Below are positions 35,852 through 48,773 of a stretch of DNA of 64,000 nt, in pieces. The notes under the pieces were generated by a model. That model did not search any database, was not told the DNA's origin, and saw only the letters and a list, made by a program, of their open reading frames with translations. The stretch covers positions 12,648,001-12,712,000 of the forward strand of contig NC_043008.1 of NCBI RefSeq assembly GCF_006345805.1, written 5' to 3'. The DNA comes from Octopus sinensis (taxonomy: Eukaryota). Each line of letters begins with the position of its first letter. Positions within the stretch are counted from its first letter, which is position 1. The translations under genes and the position numbers were made by a program.

Positions 35852-36700
35852 ATACTGGATGCCAATGGTAAATTGTCGTCATATTTCATTTCAACTTCGC
35901 AGCATGTGTATTGTTTGCATTCTTGTTTTGTCGACTACACAGTACAGTAGGGTCACTTGGGCACCGTCTGTGAGAAAAATTAGCACTATGACGCAATTCA
36001 CTCTGTCTGAAATTTGGAAACGACATGCTGTACTGCGTGGCATTCACGTCGGAAACTACAAAACGAACATCTCAGATTGTTTGGGTGTCAATCTGTGGAC
36101 TGGGCAAGCTGAGGACATGTACCGAGAGTGATAAAAATCAAACATCCAGTCAACATCATCGTGTTTGGAGTGACCATTAGTGAGGGAGACATTATACGTC
36201 CATTTATCTTCCCACACGGCCTCAGACTCAACGCGGAGGTCTACATTAAGTGCCTGCCGGAGTTAGTGCTGCCTTGGGACAAGAAGGTGACTGCTGGAAG
36301 ACCCTATGCCTGGCGACAGGACTCTGCACCATGCCACACAAACAGGATGGTTCTCAGATAATTTCTGCGACCACATCATGCCTAAACTCTGGCCACCTAA
36401 CCTCCCAGAATGCAATCCCCTTGAATATTAGCCGTGGAACGCAGTTGAGCGAGAGACCAACAAAACTCCTTGTAACACCTTTAAAACCAAAGATGAACTG
36501 AAGGGAAGGATTATAAATCATTCACCAACTTAAACAAGGAGACCGTCCGGTTGAGCTGGAGGAGAATTCAAAGTCAGTGGCGATTTTATTGGATGAATTT
36601 ACGCTTTAGTATTTCAAGATATTTTTATGTAATTTTGGTAAATATATCTGTAAAAAAGGAGATGTGAGTATTATTTCCATTTTTGCGTAATTTAGACGAC
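35852..36700 (+). mobile_element. Internally deleted IS630/Tc1/mariner transposon (DD37D/maT-like)
   Basis: N-terminal piece MTQFTLSEIWKRHAVL. Catalytic pieces KHPVNIIVFGV, YAWRQDSAPCHT, WPPNLPECNPLEY. Frameshifted. The subgroup label is from motif memory. Confidence 0.8.
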
Positions 36701-36704
36701 GATA

Positions 36705-37279
36705 TATTCTTTTTTATTCTAGGCACAGGACCCGTCATTTTTGGGGAGGGGCAGTCGATTATATCGGTCCCAGTATGCAACAAGTACTCAATATATCGAT
36801 CCCGAAAGATGAAAGACAAAGTCGACCTCGGCGGAATTTGAACTCAGAACGTAAAGACAGAGGAAATACCTATTTCTTTACTACCCACAAAGGGTTAAAC
36901 ATAGAGAGGACAAACAAGGACAGACAAACGAATTAAGTCGATTACATCGACCCCATTCGTACTGGTACTTATTAATCGACCCCGAAGGATGAAAGGCAAA
37001 GTCGACCTCAGCGGAATTTGAACACGACGTAGTGGCAGACGAAATACCTATTTCTTTACTACCCACAAGGGGCTAAAAAAATTGGACAACAAGGACAGAC
37101 ATAGGTATTAAGTCGGTTACACTCGACCCGCAGTGCGTAACTGGTACTTAATTCATCGACCCCAAAAGGATGAAAGGCAAAGTCGACCTCGGTGGAATTT
37201 GAACTCAGAACGTAACGGCTGACGAAATACCGCTAAGCATTTCGCCCGGGGTGCTAACGTTTCTGCTAGCTCGTCCCCT
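36705..37279 (-). mobile_element. SINE family B trimer
   Basis: Three units joined at gaaatacctatttctttac. Confidence 0.88.
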
Positions 37280-37711
37280 TAGACGACATAGCACCGAAGT
37301 AAATCTTGGTCTAGTTGACGAGTCCAATTAAAATAAGAAGAGTACTTAGGTCTTCTTAATTAACTTTACTGCCGAAGTAGTTTCTGTTTCCATCGGTGGT
37401 GACGTTGTTAGTTTCATCTGAGGTGGTGTTAGTTTCAGCCATAATCGTGTTAGCGAGATTCCATATGGTCTAGATGTACGTTTTAGAATCTGTTCTGGAT
37501 AGAGCTATGATGCCGAGTAAAAAGGCGTTTCTTTAATTAATTATTGGAGAAATAAACCAGTTACCGATTTAGGCTGGAGGAGTCGGCATATTTCTAGAGG
37601 TAGGCGTTGAAAACGGACTTTTTAAGCGGTCCTCTACACCTGCACGTCCGATGTTGACGGCGAAAATATATATGTATGTATGTGCATATGTGTGCATACA
37701 TAATACATACA

Positions 37712-37751
<40 letters not shown>

Positions 37752-37821
37752 CATACATACATATATATATATATATACTACAATACACGCACACACACAC
37801 ATATATATACGTATATATATG

Positions 37822-37880
<59 letters not shown>

Positions 37881-37890
<10 letters not shown>

Positions 37891-38160
37891 TATATAAAGT
37901 GGAGGCGCGTGGCTTAGTGGTTAGGGTGTCAGCATCATGATCGTAAGATTGTGGTTTCGATTCCTTGACCGGGTGACACTTTGTGTTCTTGGGCGAAACA
38001 CCTTATTTCACGTTGCTCCAGTCCACTCAGCTGGCAAAAATGAGTAACGCTGCGATGTACTGGCGTCTCGTCCAGCTGGGGAACACATACGCCATTGAAA
38101 CCGGGAAACCAGGCCCATGAGCCTGGCTAGGCTTTAAAAAGGCGCATTTATTTATTTTTA
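37881..38160 (+). mobile_element. tRNA-derived SINE family D with a conserved metazoan central domain (Meta/V-like; assignment uncertain)
   Basis: tggcttagtggttagg, ggtttcgattcc, gtgttcttgggc..acac..atttcacgttgctcc..actcagctg..aaatgagt, gcgatgtactggcgtctcgtccag, (ttta)n tail. Confidence 0.8.
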
Positions 38161-38280
38161 TTACATATATATTGTCGATCAAAATATGACCGCGTGTGTA
38201 CTGTTGGCGATTTTTTTTCCTTTTTCTTTCCTCTGTCTTCTCTTCTCTGGATCTTTCCTTCTCCTCGTTCCTTCTCCTAT

Positions 38281-38314
38281 GTTTCCGACGAGAGCTCCGC
38301 TCGAACCGTTAAAC
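38281..38314 (+). ncRNA. Degenerate minimal (Penelope-type) hammerhead motif, probably inactive
   Basis: GTTT-CCGACGA-GAGC-tcc-GCTC-GAA-CCGT-T-AAAC. Stems I and II are intact, but two core positions differ from consensus (U4 to C, A15.1 to C). Confidence 0.5.
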
Positions 38315-38415
38315 CCTCCTTCCTTCCTTCTTTCCCTCCCGAGCGTCCCAATGATACTAATTTGTTCCACGTCCTCGCGTTGTTGTGTTTTTTTTTGTCT
38401 TTCATGTTTGGATTA

Positions 38416-38472
<57 letters not shown>

Positions 38473-39538
38473 ATGTATGTATACACACATACACACACAT
38501 ATATATATACATAGGAAAGAGGGAAATAGAAAGACAAAGGACAGAAAAATAGGAAAAAGTGAGAAAGAAAGGCAGAGCTAAAGATAAGATCAGCAAAGCG
38601 GGAGAGAGAGAGTAAGAGAGAGAGAGAGAGAGAGGGATGGACAGAGTGGAATACATACTGCATTGACGATATTACTTGTACTATTTTAAAATAACAGAAA
38701 TACTTATGATCTTTGATATTTTTATGCCGTAACAGGAAACTGTTCTCTATTTTTGTCTTCCAAAGCGGAGAGCGATCTCAGTTCTAGCACGTCATCCAAT
38801 CAGAATAAACGTTACAAATACGTTCATTGAAAAGAACCTTGGCGTCTTAAGTGTTAAGCTTTTGCATTTTGTTCCGGTTTAAACACTTTGCTTGGTTATC
38901 AATGGTATCTTTAAGAAACGCTCATATTTTTCTCTTTTCTATGCATTTTCCGTTTCCACACCAAAGAACATTCGAGTCTTAAAGAGAAATCCATTTACAA
39001 TGTAAAAAGGACGGCCATTTTCAGACCGAAATCGAAGAATAGATGGGGTTGGATGGGATTATATGTGGCATAAAGGAAATAAAGGAATATAGCCTAGCGT
39101 CTTGATGGCCAGTCGCCAATTGTGTTGAGAGAATTTACCTGACATTTTTACTAATCGTAGCTTAGCAACAGTTTCTTTTGACGCTCAATCAGCTTCTAGT
39201 ATGCGGTTATATTATATACATTTATGTGACTGTGGTGGTGGGGGCTGCAGTGAACAGCAGACGATGGAAGAGGCAGTCGATTGACAAAATAATTCTTAAA
39301 CAGATAATATAAGCCAAAGCTGAAATTCTAGGAACGAAATGCTTACGGTTTCAAATCTTAAGAAGTGATTACTGATTTGATTTATTTTTGTTTATCAGTA
39401 TGTCAGATTTACTTGAACGAACAGAATTGTAACCGTAAGCGTTACATCTGTGACTGTTCTATTATTCCAGTTGTACTGTATCTAAGACTAATTCATTCAA
39501 CATATATTCAACATGTACTTTAATATCTTACTTATCAG

Positions 39539-39665
39539 TGCGGCGGCGAGCTGGCAGAAAGGTTAACTTTAGAGGGGTTTCGTCTGTCTTTACGTCCTCA
39601 GTTCAAATTCCGCCGAAGTCGACTTTGTCTTTCATCCTTTCGGGACCGATAAAAATACGTACAAG
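39539..39665 (+). mobile_element. SINE family B 5' fragment
   Basis: gcggcggcgagctggcagaaa ... gttcaaattccgccgaagtcgactttg. Confidence 0.8.
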
Positions 39666-39704
39666 TTGTGTGTATGTATGTAAATATATATACATATATA
39701 TATG

Positions 39705-39742
<38 letters not shown>

Positions 39743-40227
39743 TTCTACTTGAACATCCTTATCTTCCCCCATCTTCCTCACACAATAACCATTCCTCAAG
39801 TGTTCTGTTTGTTATTTCCAGAAATGTCTGACGAAAATAGTATTAATTTTCTGAGATCGTTCAATTTACTTCAATTGATCAATAGAAATAATTCAGTAAA
39901 CCTGTCAGTAATGAACCCATAATGACCACTGGAAACAGCTGTAAGGCAAATTTGCTCTAATAAAGGAATTCTATGTAATGACCAATATATTAAAATTATT
40001 TCTTACACACACATACACACATATAAATAATGTAATGGGTTACCATATTGGTCTGCAAGGAAATATAGCTGAAGACATTTTCCCAAAGTAGGACTTAAAA
40101 TGGAGCCACGTGTTTGCAGAGAGATCTTCTTAACCATACTTCAGCACCTGTAATCAATTATAATTCTACAGGTGGACTTAATCAGAGCTTGACGGGTGAT
40201 GTCTTTTTTTTCTCCTGTTGTCTTTAG

Positions 40228-40289
40228 AGATGTGCATCGTAGAAGAGCATTCGGAGGCTGTGGAGCTATTGATTGTGTATCTATTTCCT
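40228..40289 (+). CDS. Candidate 62-nt exon
   Basis: Strong polypyrimidine acceptor (tctttttttttctcctgttgtctttAG) and donor GTGAGT. Open as DVHRRRAFGGCGAIDCVSIS or MCIVEEHSEAVELLIVYLFP. Confidence 0.3.
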
Positions 40290-43041
40290 GTGAGTATGTG
40301 TTTGTGATTCATGTTTGTCAGGTGTGAGTGGAACACCTTGTATATTTGGATGGCATAATAGTGTCTTGAGGTGTTAAGTATTTGAAGATGATTAGTCATC
40401 AGCGACCTATATTTTTCAAATAGCAGACTGCGGAGCGATATGACTCGACCTGTATAGATCGTCCAAGTTGGCCTCCGCAGGTGGCTACGGAGGTCATAAA
40501 TTAGAAAGAACTGATTGAAGTCAGGAAGACTTATAACAAAGGAGATTTTGTTTTCTTCGGTCCGGGCCTACCGATGCAGGCTTTACCGCAGGCGGCAGAA
40601 AACGAAGAATAATGAAAAATATATTTTTGTAATTTGTGATTGTAATTTTTGAATTTTTGTGATTATAATTTTAATTTATATTGATTTAAATTGAACAGTG
40701 ATTTCGAGGGGTTATCGGTCGGCGGGCGCCGGTGCCCCTCCCATTATAATTATTTTTTCCCCATCTTTATCGTTTTCATACATATTTATGTCTCTGTCCA
40801 GCCAGCAGCTACCTTTATTTGTGTTCGACCTTCATGGTCAATTCGATAAAATAAAGTAGCAGACTGCGGGGCTAAAATTTACTTCAAAATCAAAGCATAC
40901 GCTGTGCTCAGTGGCTTACATTTCTAGTACCAGGTTTCATTAAGATATTTATTGGGGTTTGTGTGCAACTTGTTATAATGCAAAGCACTCTGATTTGTGT
41001 TGTTCGGATTTTCTTGTGGTTCGCTGTAAAAGGATTGGGGATTCACAAAGGGCTGGCATGATCCACACAAAGTATTTAATATAATGTTTGTGCGCCGTTG
41101 AACTAGATTCCAGTGTTTAAGCGCGTGAATAATATTGTGGATTTGTTGCTGCCTCGGGTCCGGTTTGATTAGGTTTTGAAATTGTTTATTTCTGTCTGCT
41201 TTCTAGATTGACAGAGCCGCATGTATTTTGCATGTGATTACATCTATTTAACATGGCAACCAGATCAATATCAGTGTTTAACAGTTCAATAGAATAAAGT
41301 GTCTGAACAATAGATAGATCTTGCCGTTACGGTTTTACTTGGATAAACCTCCAGGACAATATACGCCATTGTGTCGTGTTGGAATGAAGTTGATGATAGC
41401 GTGATGATTTATAAAAGAAAACTTCCATTGAAAGATTGAGATACGAGAAACGCATAACTGTGATAGTTTTCTGTTACAACAAAAGACAAAGGAGATTCTG
41501 GCCACAAATGAGAAAAGGAAACAACAGATTTGCTTTTATCAAAAGTAGGTATGCTTGTTAAGTTTTTCAAATGAATGAGGGATTCTTGAAGTCGAGCTAA
41601 AGAATAGGAGACCTAAGTGTAGACCAAGAATTAGATGCTTGGAGAATATCCATAGTCTCAGTTGCTTACATTAGGGAGTTAGCATGAAATCATAATATCT
41701 GTTGCTATTTAAAGGCCCTATGAAAGTGGTGTCGGAGGACTTTGGCCCCATGACCCTTCCAGAAATATTGGGCGGCGAAAATGTATTTATGGGTTGATGG
41801 TAGATGTGATGGTCATAAGAAAAGCTTTCGTAATGGGGGAAAACTCGCGGAACTTGAGATAATGAACTTTAACAATATAAGATCTGCAACAATATCCCCT
41901 GTTCGTCAGCAGCGATATCGACATGGCTGAAAGGGTCCGGCTCTTATCATAACATCGAAATCTCACTGAATCAATTCAAAGTTATTCTCATGATAGTGAG
42001 ATAGGTTGCGCTTGTGAATCTGAAAAGAAAAACAAAAAAGTGAAACAGAATTTAACAAAAGAACATAATTCCAAAGATGCTATGATTCAGAACATATTAA
42101 AAGGATGCACTCATATGAGCCCTGTATAAAGTCATTAGAATATCCGAAGTTTAATGCATCCATTTAAGCGCTTCAGATGTTCTTTGCATATCCAATGACC
42201 GAAAAAAAAAGAGGTAAAAACGGTATCATGATGATATCACTGTATCATGTGTTAACAGAAACAAGTGTGAATCTGGTTGGAGTGTCACTTTTAAAGATAT
42301 ATGCATGCAACACCACAATGTGCATTTGGCAAAACGTGTTTTAAATGTTAAAAAAAAATTTTTTTTCTAAGGAAAGGAAAAAAGAAAATGAATTGCAAAT
42401 GAAGGTTATGAAAATATCTAAGAAATTGGTCTTAGACATATTACAAAAATCAATGAAAAAGTCAACAATTTGAAAGTTAAGAGGCAGCTTGACATTAATA
42501 GCCAGGTAACTGTAATATTGCGGAACTTCTGAATTGATTTGAATAAATCAAAATTTAGAACTTGTAATCTTTAATACAACTTGATTGATCACTCATTGGA
42601 AAATTGTGAAATTTTGGCACATAAGCGAAAATTGATAAGAGCCTAGAAATAGTGTGTTCTGTTGTTGATGTGTGTGAAAACACAATCCTGTCTTACTGAA
42701 TTTGATTAATGATTAATGATTATCTTGCAGATATGATTAATGTTAATAGTTCAACAATGATTCATGAGAATGGAAATCCAAGGCAGTTTTAGAGATTATG
42801 AGATTTCAAGACTAAAATTCTTCTTAAAAGAAATCACTGGCAATGTTATTTTGAAACCATGATCACAAGACTTACGAATTAAACGGTTCTAGGACAACTT
42901 ATTCCGGCTAATTTACTCTGCGCAATTTCCCTAATTAAGAGAAAATTAAGAAGGAGCACAACTATGGGAATGCAAATAAATCCTTAGAAAACTAATTAAA
43001 GCTAATTATGATCTCATAATTATGCTTATTCCGTTATCCTA

Positions 43042-43240
43042 TACGAAGGACTGTTCAATTATATAATAATATGATAATATTTCACTCTACTCTTGTTTTT
43101 TTTTTTCGGGTTTTTAAGTGAAAATAAGACACGAGTTTCAAACACAAAGCGATTTATCCAATCAATGATATAATTATTGCTTCGTTCTAGCATCATCTGC
43201 CATCTTCTGGACAGATCCATTTCCCTCTACAAAGAATTTC
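43042..43240 (-). mobile_element. Mariner 3' end remnant
   Basis: TIR-like tacgaaggactgttcaa. The minus strand resembles the mariner C-terminus (GI.KL..RWQ.....N.) in degraded form. Confidence 0.55.
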
Positions 43241-43354
43241 CTGTCTTTACTAGCGGAAAGCTTTTCATTGTTGATTTTCATATCTTCTGCGTTGGAGGTT
43301 TGACTGAAACAGGTAAAAATCTGAAGGTTGGCCAGAATCTCTCATCCAAGCTAC

Positions 43355-43565
43355 AGTAACTTCTGCAGCGTCAGACAAACACAGACACCCAAATACGCAC
43401 ACACACACACACATACGACGGGTTTATTTCACTTTCCGTCTACCGAATCCACTCACAAGGCTTTGGTCGACCCAAGGCTATAGTAGAGGACACTTGCCCA
43501 AGATGCCATGCAGTGGGACTGAACCCGGAACCATGTGGCTGGAAGCAAGCTTCTTACCAGACAGT
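43355..43565 (-). mobile_element. SINE family A, 5' half
   Basis: atacgacgggtttatttcactttccgtctacc ... gggactgaacccggaaccatgtgg. Confidence 0.85.
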
Positions 43566-43579
43566 TACTTCTGCGTCTA

Positions 43580-43659
<80 letters not shown>

Positions 43660-43924
43660 GATCTATCTAAATATGTTAATATGTGACATTATTGCCCGAG
43701 GTTACTCCGGTCTTTTCGTAGGTTTTTCTTTCCACAGATAAACATCCCTATTTCTTGGGAACTTTTTGTACCATTTTGACTTTTTTTTTGCATATATCCC
43801 CAACAATTTCGATCCCTTTTGATCATTGCCATTTTCTTTTTTTCGCCCCCGCCCCTCGAGAAAGAAAACCCTACATTGTAATTGTCCCCTCTGTGTCTAG
43901 CCCTGTGTGGCCAATAAAGAAAGT

Positions 43925-44135
<211 letters not shown>

Positions 44136-44181
44136 AGATATATATTATACATATCATACATGCAAACCCATATATGGGATG

Positions 44182-44281
44182 NNNNNNNNNNNNNNNNNNN
44201 NNNNNNNNNNNNNNNNNNNNNNNNNNNNNNNNNNNNNNNNNNNNNNNNNNNNNNNNNNNNNNNNNNNNNNNNNNNNNNNNN
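44182..44281. other. Assembly gap (100 N)
   Basis: A run of exactly 100 N, typical of a scaffolding join of unknown size. Confidence 0.99.
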
Positions 44282-44853
44282 CTGGAATGCTTTCTTCAAA
44301 CGCGCCTTCTTGATCAAAGCTGACGTTCAGTTAAATATGATTAACATCTAGAGCGTATCGGGTGCAATGGGTCCAAATAACCGTTTCTTTTACTGAAGAG
44401 CTAAGCTTTGCCCATACAAAAAAGAAAGACAGAATGATTCCTCCTTCTTTTTTATAGTTCCTTTTGTTCATCTTTTATTCTTGCTTCTTTCATCGTATGC
44501 GTAACACACCCTGTTGCATTCCCCAGTTATTCACGTTCCCTTGCTTTCGTCAATATGTGTATTTATATCTATCGTCTGTTTTTATATCTATCGTCTGTAA
44601 TTATATCTATCGTCTGTTACTTGATTCAGTCATTGCGGTTCGGCCATCCTGGGGCCACCGCTTTGAAAGTCTTAATGTAATAAATCGATCCCAGCACTCA
44701 ATATGTTTTTTTAAACACTCCTACTTACTTTATCGCTTTCTTTTGCTGAACAGCTAAGTTACAGGTACGTTTATGGACCAACACCAGATGTGAAACACAA
44801 CGATCGAACAAGCCAACGTAATGCGAAGCACACACACCATATACTCACACTAC

Positions 44854-44884
<31 letters not shown>

Positions 44885-44928
44885 ATATATATATATATAT
44901 ATACTATTATATATATATATCTGTGAAG

Positions 44929-45164
44929 TACAAAATGGGACAAGAACGCAAACAAATCCGACAACTAGGTGATACAAAAGGGACAACAAAACATCCGGAT
45001 AGACGATACAAAGAAACAAGGACGGTCATTCGAAGTTTTCTATCTTCGTCAAGAACGAAATTATCCTCGCAATTCGGCTGATTGTATCGTCTTTCTGGAT
45101 GTTTTTGTTGTCCCTTATTGTACATCTAGTTGTCCGAATGTTTTGCGGTCTTTCCCATTTTGTA
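44929..45164. mobile_element. Palindromic foldback element with ~83-bp imperfect arms
   Basis: 44929-45011 pairs with 45082-45164 (tacaaaatggga...gatacaa / ttgtatc...tcccattttgta). Embedded in (TA)n. Confidence 0.8.
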
Positions 45165-45165
45165 T

Positions 45166-45196
<31 letters not shown>

Positions 45197-45304
45197 TCAT
45201 ATATATTATATATTATAATATATATAATAGCGGGGTAACGTACACTTTGTTCTCTCTCTCTCTCTATCTCTCTCTCTATATATATATATACATATATACA
45301 CGCT

Positions 45305-45524
45305 CATGAGGGTGCTGAAAAGTTCCTGGTTTTTGGTTAAAAGTGAATGCAGGAGGATCAGTTAATTATGATTTTCTTCAACACATTCCCATTTCAGATT
45401 CACATACATATTGCAGTAGTCCTTCAGGTTTTCTAAACCTTGTAAAGGAACTCCGAAATCTGTGTCTCCAAGTAGGACTTTCGCGATTCCCTTAAAACCA
45501 GCACCTTTTCAGCACCTCCTCATG
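45305..45524. mobile_element. Mariner-derived MITE
   Basis: Imperfect TIRs catgagggtgctgaaaagttcctgg and ccagcaccttttcagcacctcctcatg; ~220 bp, non-coding. Confidence 0.7.
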
Positions 45525-45772
45525 TATGTGTATGCACAAACACACACACACACATCATCATCATCATCACCATCATCATTGTTCGACCGTGGTCGAGACA
45601 ATGGAATTTACCATGCTACGCCAGACTTCACGGTCCATCATGGCATTACGGAGGTCCTGTTGCTGGATGCCTGTATCTCTGGAGATTACATCAGGGTAGG
45701 AGAGTGTGCGCCCTCTGGTATTGCGAGTAGATGGCTTCCAGAGAAGAAGAGTAGAAATTACTTCTTTTTCAG

Positions 45773-45805
<33 letters not shown>

Positions 45806-46564
45806 AACATACACACACATACACACACACAAACATATGTTTATATATCTTACTGCCATAAGGTTTCCACCATCCAGAATTCACACACGACACCAGTCGG
45901 GCCGCAACTATCATAGCAAAACAGTTACTCAAGGTGGCGCGCAGCTTGACTCAACTGGAAACCATGCGGTGGCAAATCGAGATTTTTAATCACACAGCCT
46001 ATAAACTAATACATGAATTACATAAATATATTATTTAAATTACTCTTAGTTCACTCCCGTACAAACCACATTCTATTTCATATATTACTAATATACCGTA
46101 TCTGTCCGTAGTGACCTCACTGTTTCAACATTAGTATTGGCCTGCCTATGTCTGTGCTCAAGAACTACTTACCCGACTGCTCACCCAAATAACTTTGTCT
46201 TCTCTTAAATGCATTGAAGTACCTTTATTAAAAAAATGTATATTGTTTATGTATTGTATAAAACACTTTTACTTATTTTTGTAGTAAAACCATAACCATA
46301 TTTGTTATTTAAATATATATTTTCTTCATATTTGACATTTCAAGTTTCAGAAGTATGCCTCCTTTATCATATAATTTTTTTATATCCAATATATTTCAAC
46401 ACTATGGTCAACTACCGAAATTTTATATACATACATACATGCATACATACCTCTATATATATTTTCATATATTCATACATATGATTATAGCATATATACA
46501 TATACATACCCACACACACAACACATATATATATAAATATTTATGTATATGTATATATATATAT

Positions 46565-46624
<60 letters not shown>

Positions 46625-46696
46625 AATATTTATGTATATGTATATATAATATTATATATATTATATATATATATATATAATATAATATATATATAT

Positions 46697-46727
<31 letters not shown>

Positions 46728-46731
<4 letters not shown>

Positions 46732-47951
46732 AGTTGGACAAGATAATGGAAACACTTTAAAATTTCAAACAAATTAATTTTAATGGTGTTCGACCTCCTT
46801 TGGCAGCAATTACAGTTTGAATTCTACAAGCTATGGACTCTTACAAAGTTACAAATTTCCAAAGGAAGTTTTGTCCATTCTTCTGCTAATACAGTCTCCA
46901 GTTCTTTGCAGTGATGGTGGTGGGAGATATCTACTCCTTAATTGTTTTCCTAAAATGCACCGTAAATGTTCAATAATACTGAGACCTGGGGACTGTGGTG
47001 GCCAGATAAGATGTTCAACTTCACTAGAATGTTCCTCTTGCCCTTCAGTAACAACTTTAGCTGCGTGAACTGGTGCATTATCATCCTAAAAGATTGTGTT
47101 TCCCTCTGGAAACAGTCCCGCAACCATATGATGAATTTGATTAGATTAAATGCTTAAAAAGTCTTGACTATTAATTCTGCCATGAAGGGAACACATTGGG
47201 CCGGCGGATTTCCAAGTTATAGCCCCACCCCAGATCATCACAGATCCTCCTCCATGTTTAACAGTTGGCAGAAGGCAGTCTGGGTCAAATGCTTCGTTTG
47301 GCTGCCTCTTCGTGTATACTCGGCCTGTGGCCGGATAAAAGGTTAAGGAAGGCTCGTCCGAGAAAATAACATTCTTCCATTCTTCCACTGCTCTAGGGAG
47401 GAGGTACTGCTCTACTCCACTTTAAAAGCTTTGTAAACGTTTGTTTTTGAAAGTAGTGGTTTTCTGATTGCAGCCCTCCCGTGAAATCCGGCTTTGTGCA
47501 GCTCCCGGCGAACGGTTTTTGTGGAAACTGGGTTCTTGAGTTGGTCCTTAGGCTCTGCAGTAATTTTAGGAGCTGTACCTTTGTGATCCTTTCTAACATT
47601 TCACGTAAGAGTCCGATAGACCTTATCTGAAATTTATATTTTCTTCCGGAGATTTTTCGACGGGGAGGTTTTTCCCTCTTTCTCAAAGGCTGCCATTACT
47701 TTCGAGACAGTATTTCTTGATACACCAAACATTTCGGCTGTTTTTGTTACGCTAGCGCCTGCCATACAAGCACCAACAATTTGACCTCTTTGAAAGACCG
47801 ATAGATCTGTTATTTTAATGACTTTTAATCACCCTTTTCTAATGATATCTGAAAAGAAACAGCAATTTTAGCAAAACATATTAAGCAAAATTATTTCAAA
47901 ATTATGATGCTATGATGCTAGGTGTTTCAAGTATTTTGTCCAACCCTTGTA
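46728..47951 (-). mobile_element. Tc1-family DNA transposon, decayed transposase
   Basis: Minus-strand fragments TDLSVFQRGQIVG (HTH), WKNVIFSDE, TVKHGGGSVMIWG, DDNAPVH, WPPQSPGLSIIEH, with stops and frameshifts. Imperfect TIRs taggagttggacaagataatggaaacac and gtgtttcaagtattttgtccaacccttgta. TA flanks. Confidence 0.92.
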
Positions 47952-47991
47952 TATATATATATATATATATCAAGGTAAACACAAATGAAGA

Positions 47992-48030
<39 letters not shown>

Positions 48031-48245
48031 GTCTCACACACACACATATGTATATATTATAAATCTATATAAAGGGAGACAGACAAATCATGTTGTTCCC
48101 AGTATATTTAGTTCTAGACAATTTAATTAAATCTATCTTAAGATGCCAAGCATTGTCATAACATTAAAAGTTGCGTGCCAGTAATACACAAGACTGTATA
48201 TATTAGATTACATTGTGTGTGCTTATATTTGTGTGTAACGGAGTG

Positions 48246-48286
<41 letters not shown>

Positions 48287-48520
48287 TATAGATATATATA
48301 AACAAGAGGGTCTTTGCAACAAGTTGCTAGACCACGTGGTCTAGCACTTGTTGCAAAGACTCTTTGTTTGTTATAATTATATTAACTTTTACCGAATATG
48401 GTCTTTTTCCATACCGAAATACTACTTGGTAAAATTTGTTGATTTTATTAAATTAATTATCTTTTCCCCTTTATCTGTATATATATATATATATATAGAT
48501 ATATATATTATATATATATG

Positions 48521-48648
48521 TACAGGGTTGGACAAAATACTTGAAACACCTAGCATCATAGCATCATAATTTTGAAATATCTATAAAACCCTCAAAAGCT
48601 TGTTTATTTTTATGGTTTTTGATTTATTATTAGTGTTGCTTAATATGT
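48521..48648 (+). mobile_element. Isolated 5' end (TIR) of a related Tc1 copy
   Basis: tacagggttggacaaaatacttgaaacacctagcatcatagcatcataattttgaaat matches the reverse complement of 47893-47951 except for one base; truncated at a (TA)n tract. Confidence 0.85.
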
Positions 48649-48676
48649 AGATATATATATATAGATATATATATAG

Positions 48677-48707
<31 letters not shown>

Positions 48708-48722
48708 GGTGTTGGGTGTGTG

Positions 48723-48773
<51 letters not shown>

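Noticed and set aside
40455-40745. HDV-like ribozyme or Helitron end among GC-rich hairpins (ggcctccg/cggaggtc; gagggg/cccctc)
   Set aside because: The hairpins are real, but I could not build the nested double pseudoknot or find a CTRR terminus. Left unclassified.
41340-41660. RTE 3' end (RILEVELKNRRPKCRPRIRCLEN)
   Set aside because: Resembles RGRPRRRW but is too decayed to delimit or list as a feature.
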